A stretch of 64,000 nucleotides of DNA from Lepidodermella squamata (taxonomy: Eukaryota > Animalia > Gastrotricha), in contig JBLDXI010000024.1 of the NCBI GenBank assembly GCA_047495785.1, forward strand, positions 186,001-250,000. The letters are read 5' to 3'. Made by a program: the position numbers and the translations under genes. Each line of letters begins with the position of its first letter. Position 1 is the stretch's first letter. Of the stretch, positions 26,617 to 40,747 are shown one piece after another. The notes beneath the pieces were generated by a model, which saw only the letters and a program-made list of their open reading frames with translations, had not been told where the DNA came from and did no database searches.

Positions 26617-26975
26617 ATGTCTGCTGGTGAACCGAGCTGCTCAGATTGCTGGATTCCACTTTCAATTAAAACGGAAAAACGCTTCCACTATTTGTCACCT
26701 GGCAATAGAGTCATGTGGTGTTATTTCTTGAGACGAGGAGTTGACAGAAAATAAAGAAAGATTACGACTGATGCTGAACCATCGTCTTTTGTTTTATTAA
26801 ACGCAGTTGTCGTTAACTTACAACAAGATCAGAAGGATCACAAGAATAGTATGATGTGATTAATAGCAGTTCATGAGAAAAACTAAAACGCTTGACAGAA
26901 CTCTGGATTGGCAAAAATGAAATGGGGATAATATCAGCATAATTATACGACGAATTGTTGAGAAAATAATTTTTG

Positions 26976-29900
26976 TTAATTAGCTGACAATTGCTGAGCG
27001 CTCCACAACCCCCAATACGTGCCTTTCAAAGCAAGCAGCTCAGCATGTTTTCCAAGCTCACGGACAACGCCGTCCTGGATCACGGCAATCACATCAGCTC
27101 CTTCTATGGTGGAGAGACGATGGGCAATGACCAGGGCTGTGCGTCCAGTCCGAGCTTTATCTAACGCCTCTTGGACAACTTTTTCACTCTCAGAGTCCAG
27201 AGCAGACGTGGCCTCGTCAAGCAGCAGCATTTCAGGTTTCCTTATCAACGCACGAGCGATAGCGATACGCTGCTTTTGGCCACCACTCAGCTGGGCACCG
27301 CGCTCGCCAACACGAGTTTTGTAACCCTCGGGCAAATTGCTGATAAATTCGTGAATATTCGCCATTTTGCAGGCATTAATGATATCGTCTTTCATTTCGT
27401 CAGCCTTCGAAGCTTCGTTTTCGAGGGTCAGACCTTCAACGCCGTAAATGATGTTCTCGGCGATGGTTCGGTCGAAGAGAATCGGCTCCTGTGATACGAG
27501 CGACATTTTCGCACGAACCCATGGCAGATGAAGAGACGACAGCAAATTTTCGTCAAGATGCACTTCTCCCTTAACCGGATCGTAGAATCTTTCGATAAGC
27601 TGAATTACTGTGGATTTGCCTCCACCACTGCAAATTTTGATCAAAATTAGCGATGAAAATTAGGTCGAATTTTGATGTATTATACCTAGCTCCGACTAGA
27701 GCAATAGTTTGACCGCGTTCAACTTTCAAATTGAGCCCCTTCAGAATTTGGGCGGTGGGACGGGTGGGGTAATGGAACTCTACTTCCTTGAATGAAGCTG
27801 TTCCATTGTATGCGTCTGAAAAAGAAACAGAAAATAAATTAATATTGCGATATAAGATCTGAGTAAAAAGTTACTCGGCTTTGTTCCTTCTTCTTTATCC
27901 CAACTTATTGTGGGCACGCGGTCAATCAACTTGAAAATTTCGGCTACTGCAAGCTGAGCCTTCTGCTGGTCCGGGGCCATTGCGTTGGCTTGTCCCATGG
28001 AAAAGGCGCTGAACATAACAGCAGTCAGACTGAAAAAAATAACATGAATATTCGATTTCGAAGCAGGTTTCTCCTCGATCTTACGCAGTGAACATATTTT
28101 CGAAGTCGGTCCAGCCGTTCTTGATGAAAACAGCGCCGGCGTAGAATGCTGCGGCGTATGCGTAAATCATCGAGGCTTCGCTGAGGCCGAAGCAGAAAGC
28201 GGCGATCTGGATCTTCAAAATTTCACTGCGGTGGCGGCTCATGAGCGGCGCATTGAACATGTCGATGAAAACTCGGTAAATGCCGAGAGTTGTCACAGTT
28301 CGGATGTTGCTGGTAGAAGCCACCAACGCACGAGCGGCTTGTTCAACGAACTTATCTTGTTTCACGAAATCGCCCATAGCCTTGGCTTGCACAACACCAC
28401 CGAGGATTACAATTGGCGTGAATGCGAGCATGATGAGCGTGATGCGCCATTCGTGGATGAAACCGATGATGAGGGCGGCGATCAAACACGAGATTGACTG
28501 AGCCATTTGCGCCAAGCTGGCGCCGGTCGCGTCTTTCACGGCTCCGGCCTGAGTCGACAGCCGAGAGGTCAACGCTCCTACAGCGTTGTCGTCTTCATCG
28601 AACCAGGCCATGTCTTGACGCAGCATTGATTGGAACGCCAGCTTACGAATTCTTGCCACTAAGCGCTCGCCCTAGAATTCGAGGCGTCCAGTAAGACTTT
28701 TTAATTAACAATTTAGCAATAACTTACACCAAATGCGACCATTGCTTGCATGATGAAAATGCTAATGAAACAAGCTGCACCGATCGCTAAAAATATCAGC
28801 GAGTACATGAGACCTTTGCGATTTCGCTCGGCCTCTTCGCAAGCCCTAGAAATTCAGTGTATAAATAACAGATTTACAAAGTGTAATTGGTAAATTACGT
28901 GAACGCTCCAAGCATTTTCGAGAAAATAATACCAAAGCAAGGCCAAACAGCTCCAGCAACCATCGCACCTAAAATTTCGGGAAAAATTTAGCATTTCTAT
29001 AGGCCATAATTGCAGCTCATACCTAGTAGGGCTAATAAGAAGAAAGGATATTCGGGTGCAGCCATTTTCCACAATCGCGAAGCAGAAAAATGTTGCTTGA
29101 CGAGAGCTTCTTCTTGCTTTTTCTTTTCACGGGCTGACAATTCAGGCTTGTTGCTGGCTACAACCTGTTTTCCTTTAGCATCGGCTTGGCTCTTTGCTTC
29201 AGCCTTGCCCTTCTTCGCCAGGGCAGCTCTGGATTCCTTGATGGAATTCAAAGTCGTTTCAATATCGCCAGTGCCTTCGCGTCCTTTCTGAGCTTCGACC
29301 AGTTTCGCATAAATTCCCTGCTTAGCAATGAGCTCGGAATGTGTTCCGCTCTCGAAAACTGAACCGTTGTCGATGACAATGATTTTATCGGCATTCATGA
29401 TGGTTGAGAGGCGATGGGCAATAGCTATGGTGGTACGACCAGCTCGGGCTCGATCCAACGCCTCTTGTACGATAGCCTCTGACTCGGTATCCAGCGCGGA
29501 CGTAGCTTCATCGAGCAAAATGATTCTCGGGTTACGAACTAAGGCGCGGGCAATAGCAACTCGCTGTTTTTGGCCACCACTCAACTGGGCGCCCTGTTCT
29601 CCCACCATTGTTTCATAGGCTTGGGGTAATTTCATGATAAAATCGTGAGCGTTCGCCAACTTCGCCGCGTTTTCGATATCTTCGCGGCTGACGCTCGGAT
29701 AACCATAGCGAATGTTTTCGTAAATAGATGTGCCGAAAAGGATAGGCTCTTGACTGACGCTGCCAATCATCGATCGGAACCAGAAAATATTGTAATCCCG
29801 CAGGTCGCTGCCATCGACCGTCACAGATCCAGATTCTGGATCGTAGAAACGTTGAAGCAGCTGGATAACAGTCGATTTACCGCAACCGCTGGCGCCTACC

Positions 29901-31826
29901 AAAGCAACAGTCGTACCGGGCTCTATTGTTAGCGATAGGTCGCGCAGGATTTGGACATCAGGACGAGTTGGGTAGCGGAAAGAAACGTTTTTGAATTCGA
30001 TACGGCCGTTAAATTGGGCGTTCTCGCGTTTAATACCTCGTTGTGAAAACGCATCCACCGGCGGAATTCGGTCGATAATCTCGAATACAGAGTAGGCAGA
30101 CGATCGAGCGGTTGCCAGAGCCTGCAAGCTAGTGACCGACATGCCAATCGAAAACGTACCCATAATAATCGCGAAAAAGGTTGTAGTAACTCTGCCAATT
30201 TGGTACCCGCTCTCTTTGTCATTGATCAGAGTGACACCGTATGAAAAGCCAAGAGCGTAGGCGCCAAAAATAATGAAAAATGTAATGCCCATCATCGCTC
30301 CGGTCATGGCGCCCTTTTTGGTTCCGACGATTCGAGCGTCGTTTAGGTTCGAACCGTAACGCTCAACTTCACGCGGCTGACCACCAAATGAAGCGACCGT
30401 TCGGATCGAGCTTAGAACCTCCTGAGCAATCGAGCCGGCTTTGGCGTAAGCCGCTGATTCGTTTTGGGCTTGAGTGAATGCGAATCGAATCATCAAAACA
30501 GCCGCGAGGGCAAGCAGTGGGGACACAGACAATATAACCAGGCTGAGTTTCCAGCCAGAGATAAAGCCAACGATCATTCCACCAACAAAAGCGCCGATGT
30601 TTTGGAGGAACAATGCTACTTTGTCGCCGATGCCTTTCTGCAGAGAGGAGATATCCTCGGCGAATTTAGCAGTCACCGCCCCGCTGGATTGCTGGTCGTA
30701 CCAGCCGATGTCTTGCCGCAATAGATTTCGGAAAAACGCCTTGCGAATTCGTCTGATTTGATACTCGGCAGCGACGTTCCAACAAGCAGATTGGACGTAG
30801 CCGACGAAAAGCGAGACGGATGCGATAACTGGACAGAGAAACAAATTATAATGGTTTTAAAGCTAGGAATATGAACATACTGATGAAATATTTAATTTGA
30901 ACAGTCATGTTGTCTATGAAAGTCACTTTCATGGACTCCATATAAGCGTCCATCATTATTTTCCGTTCCGCCTCCGTCATATTTGACATCAGCGAGGATG
31001 AGTTGGATGAGTTGGATCCGCAACTACCAACAGCGCCATCTTGCTATAAGAGATAAATATGAAAGGGAATAATTAAGGTGGATTTGATTTGTAGGAATTT
31101 ACAGATGGGCCCACGAATCCGTCAATGACATTGCCGAAAACGAGAACCATCAGCGGCATGACGGCGCCGTGGACAAGAGCAGCGATAGCCCCTGTTGTAG
31201 GATTTCAGGTAATTTCACATTGAGGTTCAGATTAGTATTTCTATTATACCTATGACACACAAAAATCGATCCAGCGGGGAGGAAAATCGAAACTGAAAAA
31301 TATTGATGGCTCATTGTTTGAATTTTCTCGATTTTTCATTATTACCATTTCGAACCATCCAACAGTTGGCTTTTCTTCCTTCTTTTCCTCCTCACCACCG
31401 CCAAAACATAGGAACTTCTTCTTTTTGTTGGTCTTTTCCTCATTAGACGCGTCTCCATTCGATCCATTTTCTGCCTTGGCTTTGCCTTTTTCCACGTCCG
31501 GATATTTGTATTCTGTTTTGCCCTTGACACCGGCGTCTTCGTCGATCTCAGGCGGTAGTAATTTCTCTGTAATTTGTTGGCAAGAAGGTACAATATTTAC
31601 TAAATTCGGCCGGGAAATTACCTGCGCCAATATGCTTGGGCGCGACCTTATTAAATCCGCCTTTACTCGATGAAGTTCCGTTTGATATCACCGAGTTCGC
31701 CTCGTCCGAGTGAAATGCACCGTTCTGGTGAACTAAAATACAGGAGAAAACGTTAAAAAACTGAAAATTATCCTGGAATTGCATCAGACCTTGCTCCTTC
31801 TTGTCTTCGTCTTCCAACGTCATCAT
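26976..31826 (-). CDS. ABCB1: ABCB1/P-glycoprotein-like full ABC transporter, copy 1
   Basis: TMD-NBD-TMD-NBD layout; [17 protein letters not shown] twice, [10 protein letters not shown] twice. The exon junctions I traced join in frame. Confidence 0.92.
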
Positions 31827-33260
31827 ATCTTACGAATTGAAAAATAGCCACGGGGAGAAATTTTGTATGTATCCACCTAAAAGTGAAATAATAAGATAAA
31901 TCGATTAAATGAGCCATTGGATTAAGCATTTCGCACTTTCTGGAAGTCAAATTGACAGGTAGGCAATAGAAAGGAGCAAAAAAATGTCTTGCCACAAGTT
32001 CAGTCAGAATGTGCTATGTCACCGCTGCTGCATCACAGGCTATAAAAAGACCGCACAACGGACTGCGTTTACGCAAGTTTGTTGTAAGAAAACATAATTT
32101 CTTGCAGCAAAAAACCAATTGGCAAGGAATCTCGGCCGTTGTGGAGTGATTCATGCGTGATTAAAGGTTGTTTTTCCCGGCAAGGTGAAAAGCACAAAAA
32201 ACACGACGAAGATAGATTGTGTAAAAAATGCAACCAGCGTATTTTTTTACGCGCTCGTGAATTCGTTGTCGGACTTACGAGGTCGCCTCAAATGAGATGA
32301 GAGCCGGGCAGACGTCTTTCATAATACAGAAGTATGCACGCTGAGCATTAGGAAAAGGTTACTACGTACAGCACCTGCATTCAACAAAGTGCAAATTTTC
32401 CAGAAAAATACATCCACGTGAGCTAGGCCTAAGAATTTACAGTTGAAAGATAAGGCGTATTTATAATTAAACAAAGGTGATCCTTGTCCGGTGGACAGAT
32501 CACCTATAAATAAAATTTAGTACAGCTCTTCCTGCTATGAAATCAATTTAGCGGCTTTACCTGTCATTGGTAATTATCAAAATAAGGTCATTATCAATAA
32601 TCATTCATGAAAAACCACAGAAATCACATAGCAGCCAATTGACATCTCGAAACTTTTCGACTATAATTGATTAGTCTAAAAAATAAAGACATGTTTTCAA
32701 TGTAAATTTCAACCCTGTCCACCCCACGGGCTACTGATACTACGGCTTAAGACTTTTGTATCGCTCATCGGCAATCTCTTCTGATGAGATTCTGATTAGA
32801 TCTTAAAAAGCTAAAAAAAAATACTATTCAAACCGGCGATGAATAAGATGTAGTCATTTCCATATAAGGCAAGGCTTGCTATGTATTATTCAGTGAAAGA
32901 TGAGTTGTGTAAGCATCGATTTTGCTAGTCGTTGCTTGTCGACGAAATCGGTAAAAAACAGCCATCACGTGCAGACAATTTCGAACATAGGAACTGGTAA
33001 ATGTAAGCTTGCTTCGAACACGTATATGTCTCGTATGTATACGCGAGTACTTTGCATTTTTTAGCAGTGTGGGTAATATAAAAAATAACAACGAACTGTC
33101 GCCTGTTCGAGCGATCGATAACTCTTGCGTGACTGCATTTACCTGAGCGAAAATACACACACAAACACTGGCATTGAAAATCACCATGATGAATAAGAGG
33201 CCAAAGCATGGCTTGAAATTTGACACGATAATAATAGCATACACGGAAATTTTTATTAAC

Positions 33261-33676
33261 TCAGTTATTATCTGTTATCCTGTCTTCAATGCGAAGCGGT
33301 GAAATTCTTTTCTTCAACTCGGCAAGGAACGGCCGTGCGCTTGAAAGTTTCGGCGTTCCTGGCTGCGTTTTCTCATTATCGCACATTGTCGGCAAAATAG
33401 GAGCTATCGGAATAGATTTTGCTGGACTTCCATATCCTGAGGTTTTCGAATTATAGCTTTCATGTAAATTCCTCAAAGTTTTGACGTTTGATGAGCGAGA
33501 TGATTCAGAATTAGCCTCTGTATCATTAGAGGTAGCGCCGAAATATGAAACTTCAGGTGCCGATGACTGCTCGGATCTTGAGACCATCCTGGAGGTTGGA
33601 TGAAGGATGAAAGATTAAAACATTAAGAAATGTGAACAAACCATATCACGTAGTAGAACATGATTGATTCAGCCAT
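33261..33676 (-). CDS. Small orphan protein (about 120 aa, Ser/Pro-rich)
   Basis: ATG 33676, exon 33676-33642, a typical 53-bp GT-AG intron (33641-33589), then the 108-codon ORF 33587-33261. No family recognised. Confidence 0.45.
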
Positions 33677-34003
33677 AAGGAAGATCAGCGAAACTAGAAA
33701 TTCGGTAGTCATTGTAACAGTTACTGACAACATTTTTCACTCGAACTAGATTAATGAAAAGGGTACGAAAAAACATGAGTTTATGCGGAGATTCGGCCAC
33801 AAAAAAGCCGAAGTGGTAATACAAAACCGATCGATTTTCCAAAAAAAGACAGCGGATTCTCAGAAAATTGCTTTATTCTGGTACAGCAGTGGTACTAATT
33901 GAATAAAAACAAGATTATATTCCGTACATAAATTATTGTTCTCTCAGCTAATAATACTGAAAATGTTTCCGACAGTGCTTATTATTGATTTTTTATCCTC
34001 ATC

Positions 34004-37000
34004 TCAGCCGGAAACCGATAACTGCTGGGCTGACCACAAGCCATAATAAATGCCCTTCTTCTCGAGTAGCTCGGCGTGCTTGCCCTCTTCCGCCACGACG
34101 CCATTTTGAACCACTGCAATCACATCAGCACCTTCGATCGTCGACAAGCGGTGCGCAATCACCAGGACGGTTCGGCCGGCTCGAGCTTTATCCAATGCCT
34201 CCTGCACAACCTTCTCGCTTTCAGAGTCCAGGGCTGAAGTCGCTTCGTCTAACAACAGAATTTTCGGCCTGCGAATCAAGCCCCTAGCGATAGCGATTCT
34301 CTGCTTTTGACCGCCGCTCAACTGACCGCCCCGCTGCCCAACTCGGGTGTTGTAGCCATCGGGTAAACTCGAGATGAAAGTATGAATGTTGGCTTGCCGA
34401 GCAGCTTCTTCGATTTCTTCCTGAACGATCGGACCGTCGCCAAAGGCGCCGTAAGCGATGTTCTCAGATATTGTCCTGTCGAACAAAATCGGCTCCTGAG
34501 AAACAAGGGCCATTTGACCTCGGGCCCAAGGTAGGCTGAGGGAAGGTAGCCCATTATTATCCAGGTCAACAACGCCAGCTGCAGGATCGTAAAATCTCTC
34601 CAATAACTGAATTAGAGTCGACTTGCCGCAACCACTCCCACCAACTAACGCCACAGTTTTGCCCTGATGGACATCTAAATTTAATCCACGCAAGATAGGC
34701 AGAGTTTTGCGCGTCGGATAGTGAAACTCGAGCGAGTTGAAACTGACATTGCCATCGTAATTTCCTAATCAAAAAGAAGTTAAATCGAAAAATAGGCGGA
34801 ATTCCGAAATCGAACCGGGAGTTTTCTTGTCAGCTTGGGCGTTTTCGTCCCATTGGATCCCAGGTTTTCGGTCCAGGAGGCGGAAAATTTCAGCAACTCC
34901 AAGTCGAGCCTTGAATAAACCAATAATGATAGGCCTAATATATTGGGCAATAATACCTTGGCCTGATCAGGTGCCATCGCATTTGCTTGACCGACAAAAT
35001 AGGAACTAAGGATAACAACTCATGAATCATGAGAATAATGGAAGAATTAAGGTTTCATACCTGAACATGATAGCGATGAGTGCGGTGAACATTCTTCCGA
35101 AATCGGTGACACCCCATTTAATGAAGATAGACGCAGCGTAAAATCCAGCCGCGTAGGCATCAAGGTAAATTACTTCGATTAAACTGAAACAGATTGCTAC
35201 GACCAGAGTCTTGATCATTTGCTTCTTCTTGCGTTGTTCCAGAGGTTTCATGAACTGGTCGCCGAAGATGTTGTACAGCCCAAGAGCGGCGACTGTTCGA
35301 ATGTTGCTCGTCGATGACGCCAAAGCTGTTGAAGCTTCTTCGACGAATTTATCTTGGTCTGCATTATCGCCGAACACCATCGCTTGAACCATTCCACTCA
35401 TGATTGCCAACGGGGCGAATAGTAACATAATCAGAGTCATTCTAATTAATTTGCAAGGATTTACAGGTAAATAATAAGTAAATAAGCAGTTCCCTTACCT
35501 CCAATCGTGAACGAAAGCGATGATGAAAGAAGCGATAACACCGGCAGTTATTTGAACTATTTGGCCCAGCTGGTTACCGGTCGCATCTTTAACGGCTGAA
35601 GCTTGAACGGAAAGACGGGTTGTCAACGCACCGGGTGAATTGTCAAGGTCGTCAAACCACGCAATGTCTTGCAGCAACATAGCGCGAAACGCCATTTTTC
35701 GAACTCGTAAAACAACCCGCTCGCCAGCGAGGGCGAACATGGAGAACATCAGAGTGAACCCAAGGAAAGTCGCAAAGGCATTGGCGACCATTATCAGGGC
35801 GAATTTCAAGCTCTCGTTGAACCTGTCATCCTTCGTGCACAAAGCGTAAGCGTGGAGGACTCGGGCGACCAAAATACTGAAAACCGGCCAAACAATGCCG
35901 CAGATGATTGCACCGAAAATTCCGATAATATAGAATGGCATTTCGCTTGAAGCTAATTTCCACAGACGAAGCGTTGAGTAGTGCTTTTTCACGATTTCTT
36001 TTTCGATTTTGCCTTGTTCTGCGATTGTCAATCGGCGCTTTCGCACGACTCCACTGCTGTCGTCATCTTTTTCTCTGGCTTCCTTTGCCTCCTGTGCAAC
36101 CCTGACCAAAGCTGCTCTCCGCTCTTGAATAGCCTTAACGTTGGTCTCCACGGATCCTGAATTACTTCCCTGTTGAGCCTCGACCAGTTTTGCGTAGATT
36201 CCACCCTTGGCGATTAGCTCTGCATGGGTCCCAGACTCAAACACCTTACCCTGGTCGAATACAATGATCTTATCTGCATTCATTATCGTCGAAAGGCGAT
36301 GAGCGATCGCTATAGTAGTCCGGCCGGTCAGAGCTCGGTCCAAGGCATCTTGAACAATAGCTTCCGATTCGGTATCAAGCGCAGACGTGGCTTCGTCCAG
36401 TAACAGAATCCGAGGGTCACGCACGAGGGCCCGAGCAATCGCAACTCGCTGTTTTTGGCCACCACTCAACTGCGCACCCTGCTCGCCAACCATCGTGTCA
36501 TAACCGTGTGGCAGTTTCGAGATGAAATCATGCGCATTCGCCTGCTTTGCTGCGTCCTCAATAGCTTCACGCGTCGTGTCAGGCCAACCGTAACGAATAT
36601 TCTCGAAAATGGTCGTGCCGAAGAGAATCGGCTCCTGACTAACGCTGCCGATCACCGATCGAAACGAGGAAATGTTGTATTCTGTCAAATCTTTCCCATC
36701 GATCAAGACCTGGCCGTTATTAGGGTCGTAGTACCTCTGCAACAACTGTAATATTGTTGATTTTCCACAACCACTAGCTCCTACTAATGCGATGGTTTTA
36801 CCGGGTTCCAGCTCAAGATTGACCCCGCGAAGAATTGGCACATCTGGCCTTGTCGGGTAAGAAAACGCAACGTTTTTAAACTCGATCTTTCCGACGAATG
36901 ATTGCTTTTCCACCTTAAATCCTTCCGTGGCGTAAGGGTCAATCGTTGGAACGCGATCGGTTATCTGAAAAACTCGATAAGCCGCGAAACGGGACGAAGC

Positions 37001-38451
37001 AAAACCTTTAATAGCAGACAGCGAGGTTCCAAATGCATATGTACCCTCTAAAACCGCCCACACCACAAGTGCCGCATTTCCGATGCTATAGTCCTCGTAA
37101 TTAATGAGATAAACACCGTAGCAGAAACCAAGCGCGTATAGACCGAACATAAAGAAGAACATAGCCCCCATTATAAGGCCGGTGTAGAGCCCAGTCTTAA
37201 TGCCAACTTTTTTAACTTCGTTCAAGTTTGCAGCGTATCGTTCAACCTCCTCATTCTGGCGACCGAACGCCGTTACAGTTCTGATTGAAGTTATTACCTC
37301 TTGGGCGATTGCTCCCGCTTTCGAGTACGCCTCTGATTCGCTATTCGATTGCGAAAACGCGACTTTCACCATCAAGTAAGACGCTATGAGGTTAACTGGG
37401 GTGAGAGACAGCGTGACCAGGGCTAGTTTCCAGCCAGTGTATAACGCGACAATCGCGCAGCCGATGAAGGCTCCCATGTTTTGGACGAACATTCCGATTT
37501 TGTCACCGATACCCCGTTGAATTTGGCCGATATCTTCCACAAATCGGGACGTCAAAGCGCCCATCTCTTGTTTATCGTACCTGAAAAAATTCACGTTTAG
37601 GATGAAAGCTATTGGTATATGGAAGATTAAACCAACCAGGCGACATCCTGGCGTAACAAATTGCGAAAATAAGCTCGTCTGATAGATATTATTTGGTTTT
37701 CAGCCGAAACAGACCAAAAGAGCGATTGTATGAAGGAAACCACAAAAGACCCACCGCTGATAACTATGTAAATTAGTTAACGATCATGGAGTTTCTAGGG
37801 ACATATTGAAGCTTACTTGCAAAAGCAATGCACAGCTTTTTTATGGCAGCTAAGGATCGCTCCATGGAAGCATCGCTTGGGGTCATTTCAGTTGTACCGA
37901 GAGTTACGTTTGAACTGTTGCTCGCGAAAATCGTTGTAGAATTTTTGGGACAAAATTCCTGGGGAAATGAAGAAAGAAATCACACAGTTTGATTTCACCT
38001 CTGAACTCACATCTGGATTCATGAATTCGTCGATAACTGTGCCAAAGATCCAGCAAAGAAGCGGCATAACGGCTCCGTGAGCGATAGCGCCCAATGTGCC
38101 TGAAGACACATTGCATCGGTTTTATAGGTTAAAAATCTTATTAAATCTTTACCGAAAATGCATAAGAAAATGTCGAACTTGGAGGCGAAGCGAAACACTT
38201 CGAACCAACCAACAGCTGGGTCACCTGCTGATTTTTCAGGTTGGTCTTTCGCTGCATTCGAATCCTGAGCTTCCAACTTGCCAAGATTTTCCAACTCGAT
38301 CACGGAATTTTCCGCAGCTATAAATCAATCTTTAGAAAGCCATAGTATTAGGTAACAAAATTCGGAAACCTTTTCTCACGTCATCGGCTTCGCTGTCGTT
38401 GTTGAATGATGGATTGTTGTAGGCTTCTTTCTGCGATTCACCGGGCCCCAT
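34004..38451 (-). CDS. ABCB1: ABCB1/P-glycoprotein-like full ABC transporter, copy 2
   Basis: ATG 38451 ([13 protein letters not shown]). Two NBDs with intact Walker A, signature, Walker B and H-loop; AATAAA near 33872-33877 on the minus strand. Confidence 0.92.
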
Positions 38452-39029
38452 CTCCAAATAATTAAGCTGCTAAGCAAAAGTTATCACAAAATTGTTCCAG
38501 ACGATTAAGCTCCTGATTAGGATTTGCAATGCCACGTAATTAAGGTGTATGCTTTTTCACCAATTTGCGAGTTACACGGATGTGGAAGATAATTAAGGTA
38601 AGCTATGTTCGAGCTAATTTATTGTTCGCATTTGGCAGGCAGGGCTTTTCCCCCTTCCAGTGCTGCTGCTACGTCCACTAGAAGTGACATGCTATAACGT
38701 GCAGATGAAGCCTGGAGATCTGTATATCTCATCGTTGTAAAAACCGTCCCCGGTAAGCTATTATTATTGTCAGGCCGTGCTGTTTTTTGTCAAGCGCAAT
38801 TAGCTGCTTTAACGTGGCCTTATACAAGCTACCTATTATGTTAATCCTCCTCATTTCATCAATCATCTTTCAATGATCGAAAAAATGTCTGCGATTGTTT
38901 GCGTTCCAGTCAAAGGAATGACAAGTGTCGCCGATTGTTCTAATTAATTATCATTTACCACCACGCTCTGATAATTTTGCTACCAAGTTTGATATTCATG
39001 TAAAAAACATTGAAATTGTTTATTTATTT

Positions 39030-40600
39030 CTACGTCAACATTAAACTAAAGATGAACGCTTCAACTGTACAAGTTATGATGAAAATGATTGCGTAAAAAA
39101 TAGAGTCGATGACTCGAATACGTCGCATTTCGACAAAAGTGTCAAAAAATACGAGTTCAATCCGTTCTGCAAAATACCGCTCCCTGGCAAGGGCACAAGC
39201 TAGGACGGTGTAAACTGTACTGATCATGCCAACGACGATTTGCACTGACATCAGGACCGTAATGTACGGTATTTCGCTCGATTTCGGAATTGAATCGCCA
39301 ACAACTTTAAACAGAGAAGTTAACTTGAAATGTTCAACTAAAAAAAACAATTTCTTTTATACCTGATTGCATAATTGCGAAAGCTAAAACAACTGAAAAA
39401 TCGGCAAAAAGTTCGGAACGGGGTGAATTCAAATATGAGAAAATATACCAGTTATACTATATGTTGGTCTGAATTATAAAAAAACAAGAATAACATTATA
39501 ATTAAACGTAACGGGAATTGTTTAATATTACCTATCGGGCATTCGAGGTGGCATGAAAACTGAGCTGAATTGAAGAATGGCTAGGCAAAGACAAGGCAGA
39601 AACAAATTTACGATGTACAGCTGGTACTTTCGTCGAAATGAGAAGGTGAACACAGCCCGGTCATACCAGCCTTCCCAACCGGAGTAGGTGATGTTTTGAA
39701 TTTCGGCACGCATACCAAGCAATTCGAATATTTCGGCTGGGTTCATGAACTCCATTGAATTTCCACTGATACTTATGCCGGGTTCCTCTAATTTGAATCT
39801 GATGAAAAAGCTGTCCAGAAATGACTCGATAAATATGTCACAATCCTGGAGGCGTTTGAATGTATTATCCTTTTAAAAATTCCATTTGGAAAGGACAAAC
39901 CTGATAATCGAAAGGAAATTTTTTGAAGCTGAAAAATAATAAATCATTATTTCAAAAAAATCGGAAGCGCTGAAATAACTTAAACCTCATGTCGCAAAAA
40001 GACTCGTATACAGCAATAACCTGCCACGTCACGTGTCCATTCGGATAAATGTACATCGGGGTGTTGTCTATTTGCCTAGTTAAAAAGCCGCCTCAATTTT
40101 AGTGGAGTATATTATTTTTGAAATTTGATTTACGCTTCGATAAAGTCAGCGTCGCTAGCAGCATTGTTATGCGTTAACGCCGGGTGCCAGTAAGTAGCAA
40201 TGAAATCCATTAGTCTAGTTACATTGGACCATTGCAGTGTATCATTGGTCTTGCCCCATGAGATGCAAGGGTGAACCCATTTTATATCTAGCTCGGCCAA
40301 TAACGCAAATCTTTTATTGGTATAGAAATAAATACGCGAAATCTGTGTTTAGAATGCTTACTTCTGGTCCTTGTCAATCAGGTCGCGAAAGCTATAAGGA
40401 ATCATTGACACGTTGAGGAACAGGGGATCCGAATACTTTTCGACAGGGCGCGTGTTCGTTCGCAGGTTACACTTGGTGATCAGGTATTTTTTCACCTGCT
40501 CCTCCTGAGGAATAAATTTCCCCAGAATTTGGCATGTAGAAAAGTCGAGAAAATAGTGAATACCCAAAAAGGTCAGAAGTAAGGTATTAGGAAGCATCAT
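39030..40600 (-). CDS. Divergent Cys-loop ligand-gated ion channel subunit A (nAChR/5-HT3-like)
   Basis: Signal peptide, RPV, WHP, spliced Cys-loop CDMSFKKFPFDYQDC, pre-M1 FRRKYQLYIVNLFLPC and four TMs. Many small exons. Confidence 0.85.
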
Positions 40601-40747
40601 CTTTATTCGGTTGGAAATCTCTAGTGACCATATTGGGGCAAGGTAGTGTAATGATAGCTAGCGCGACACTTTCATTTTTCAGCCAAACTACGCGTTAGCT
40701 TATTTATTCAGCCGCTAAAGAATGCTAAATCAGCAGATGCCTACTAC

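Noticed and set aside
39449-39545. Calling the Cys-loop channels anion-selective from the PDR motif
   Set aside because: The -1' residue is acidic (Asp) rather than Ala, so selectivity cannot be assigned from sequence.
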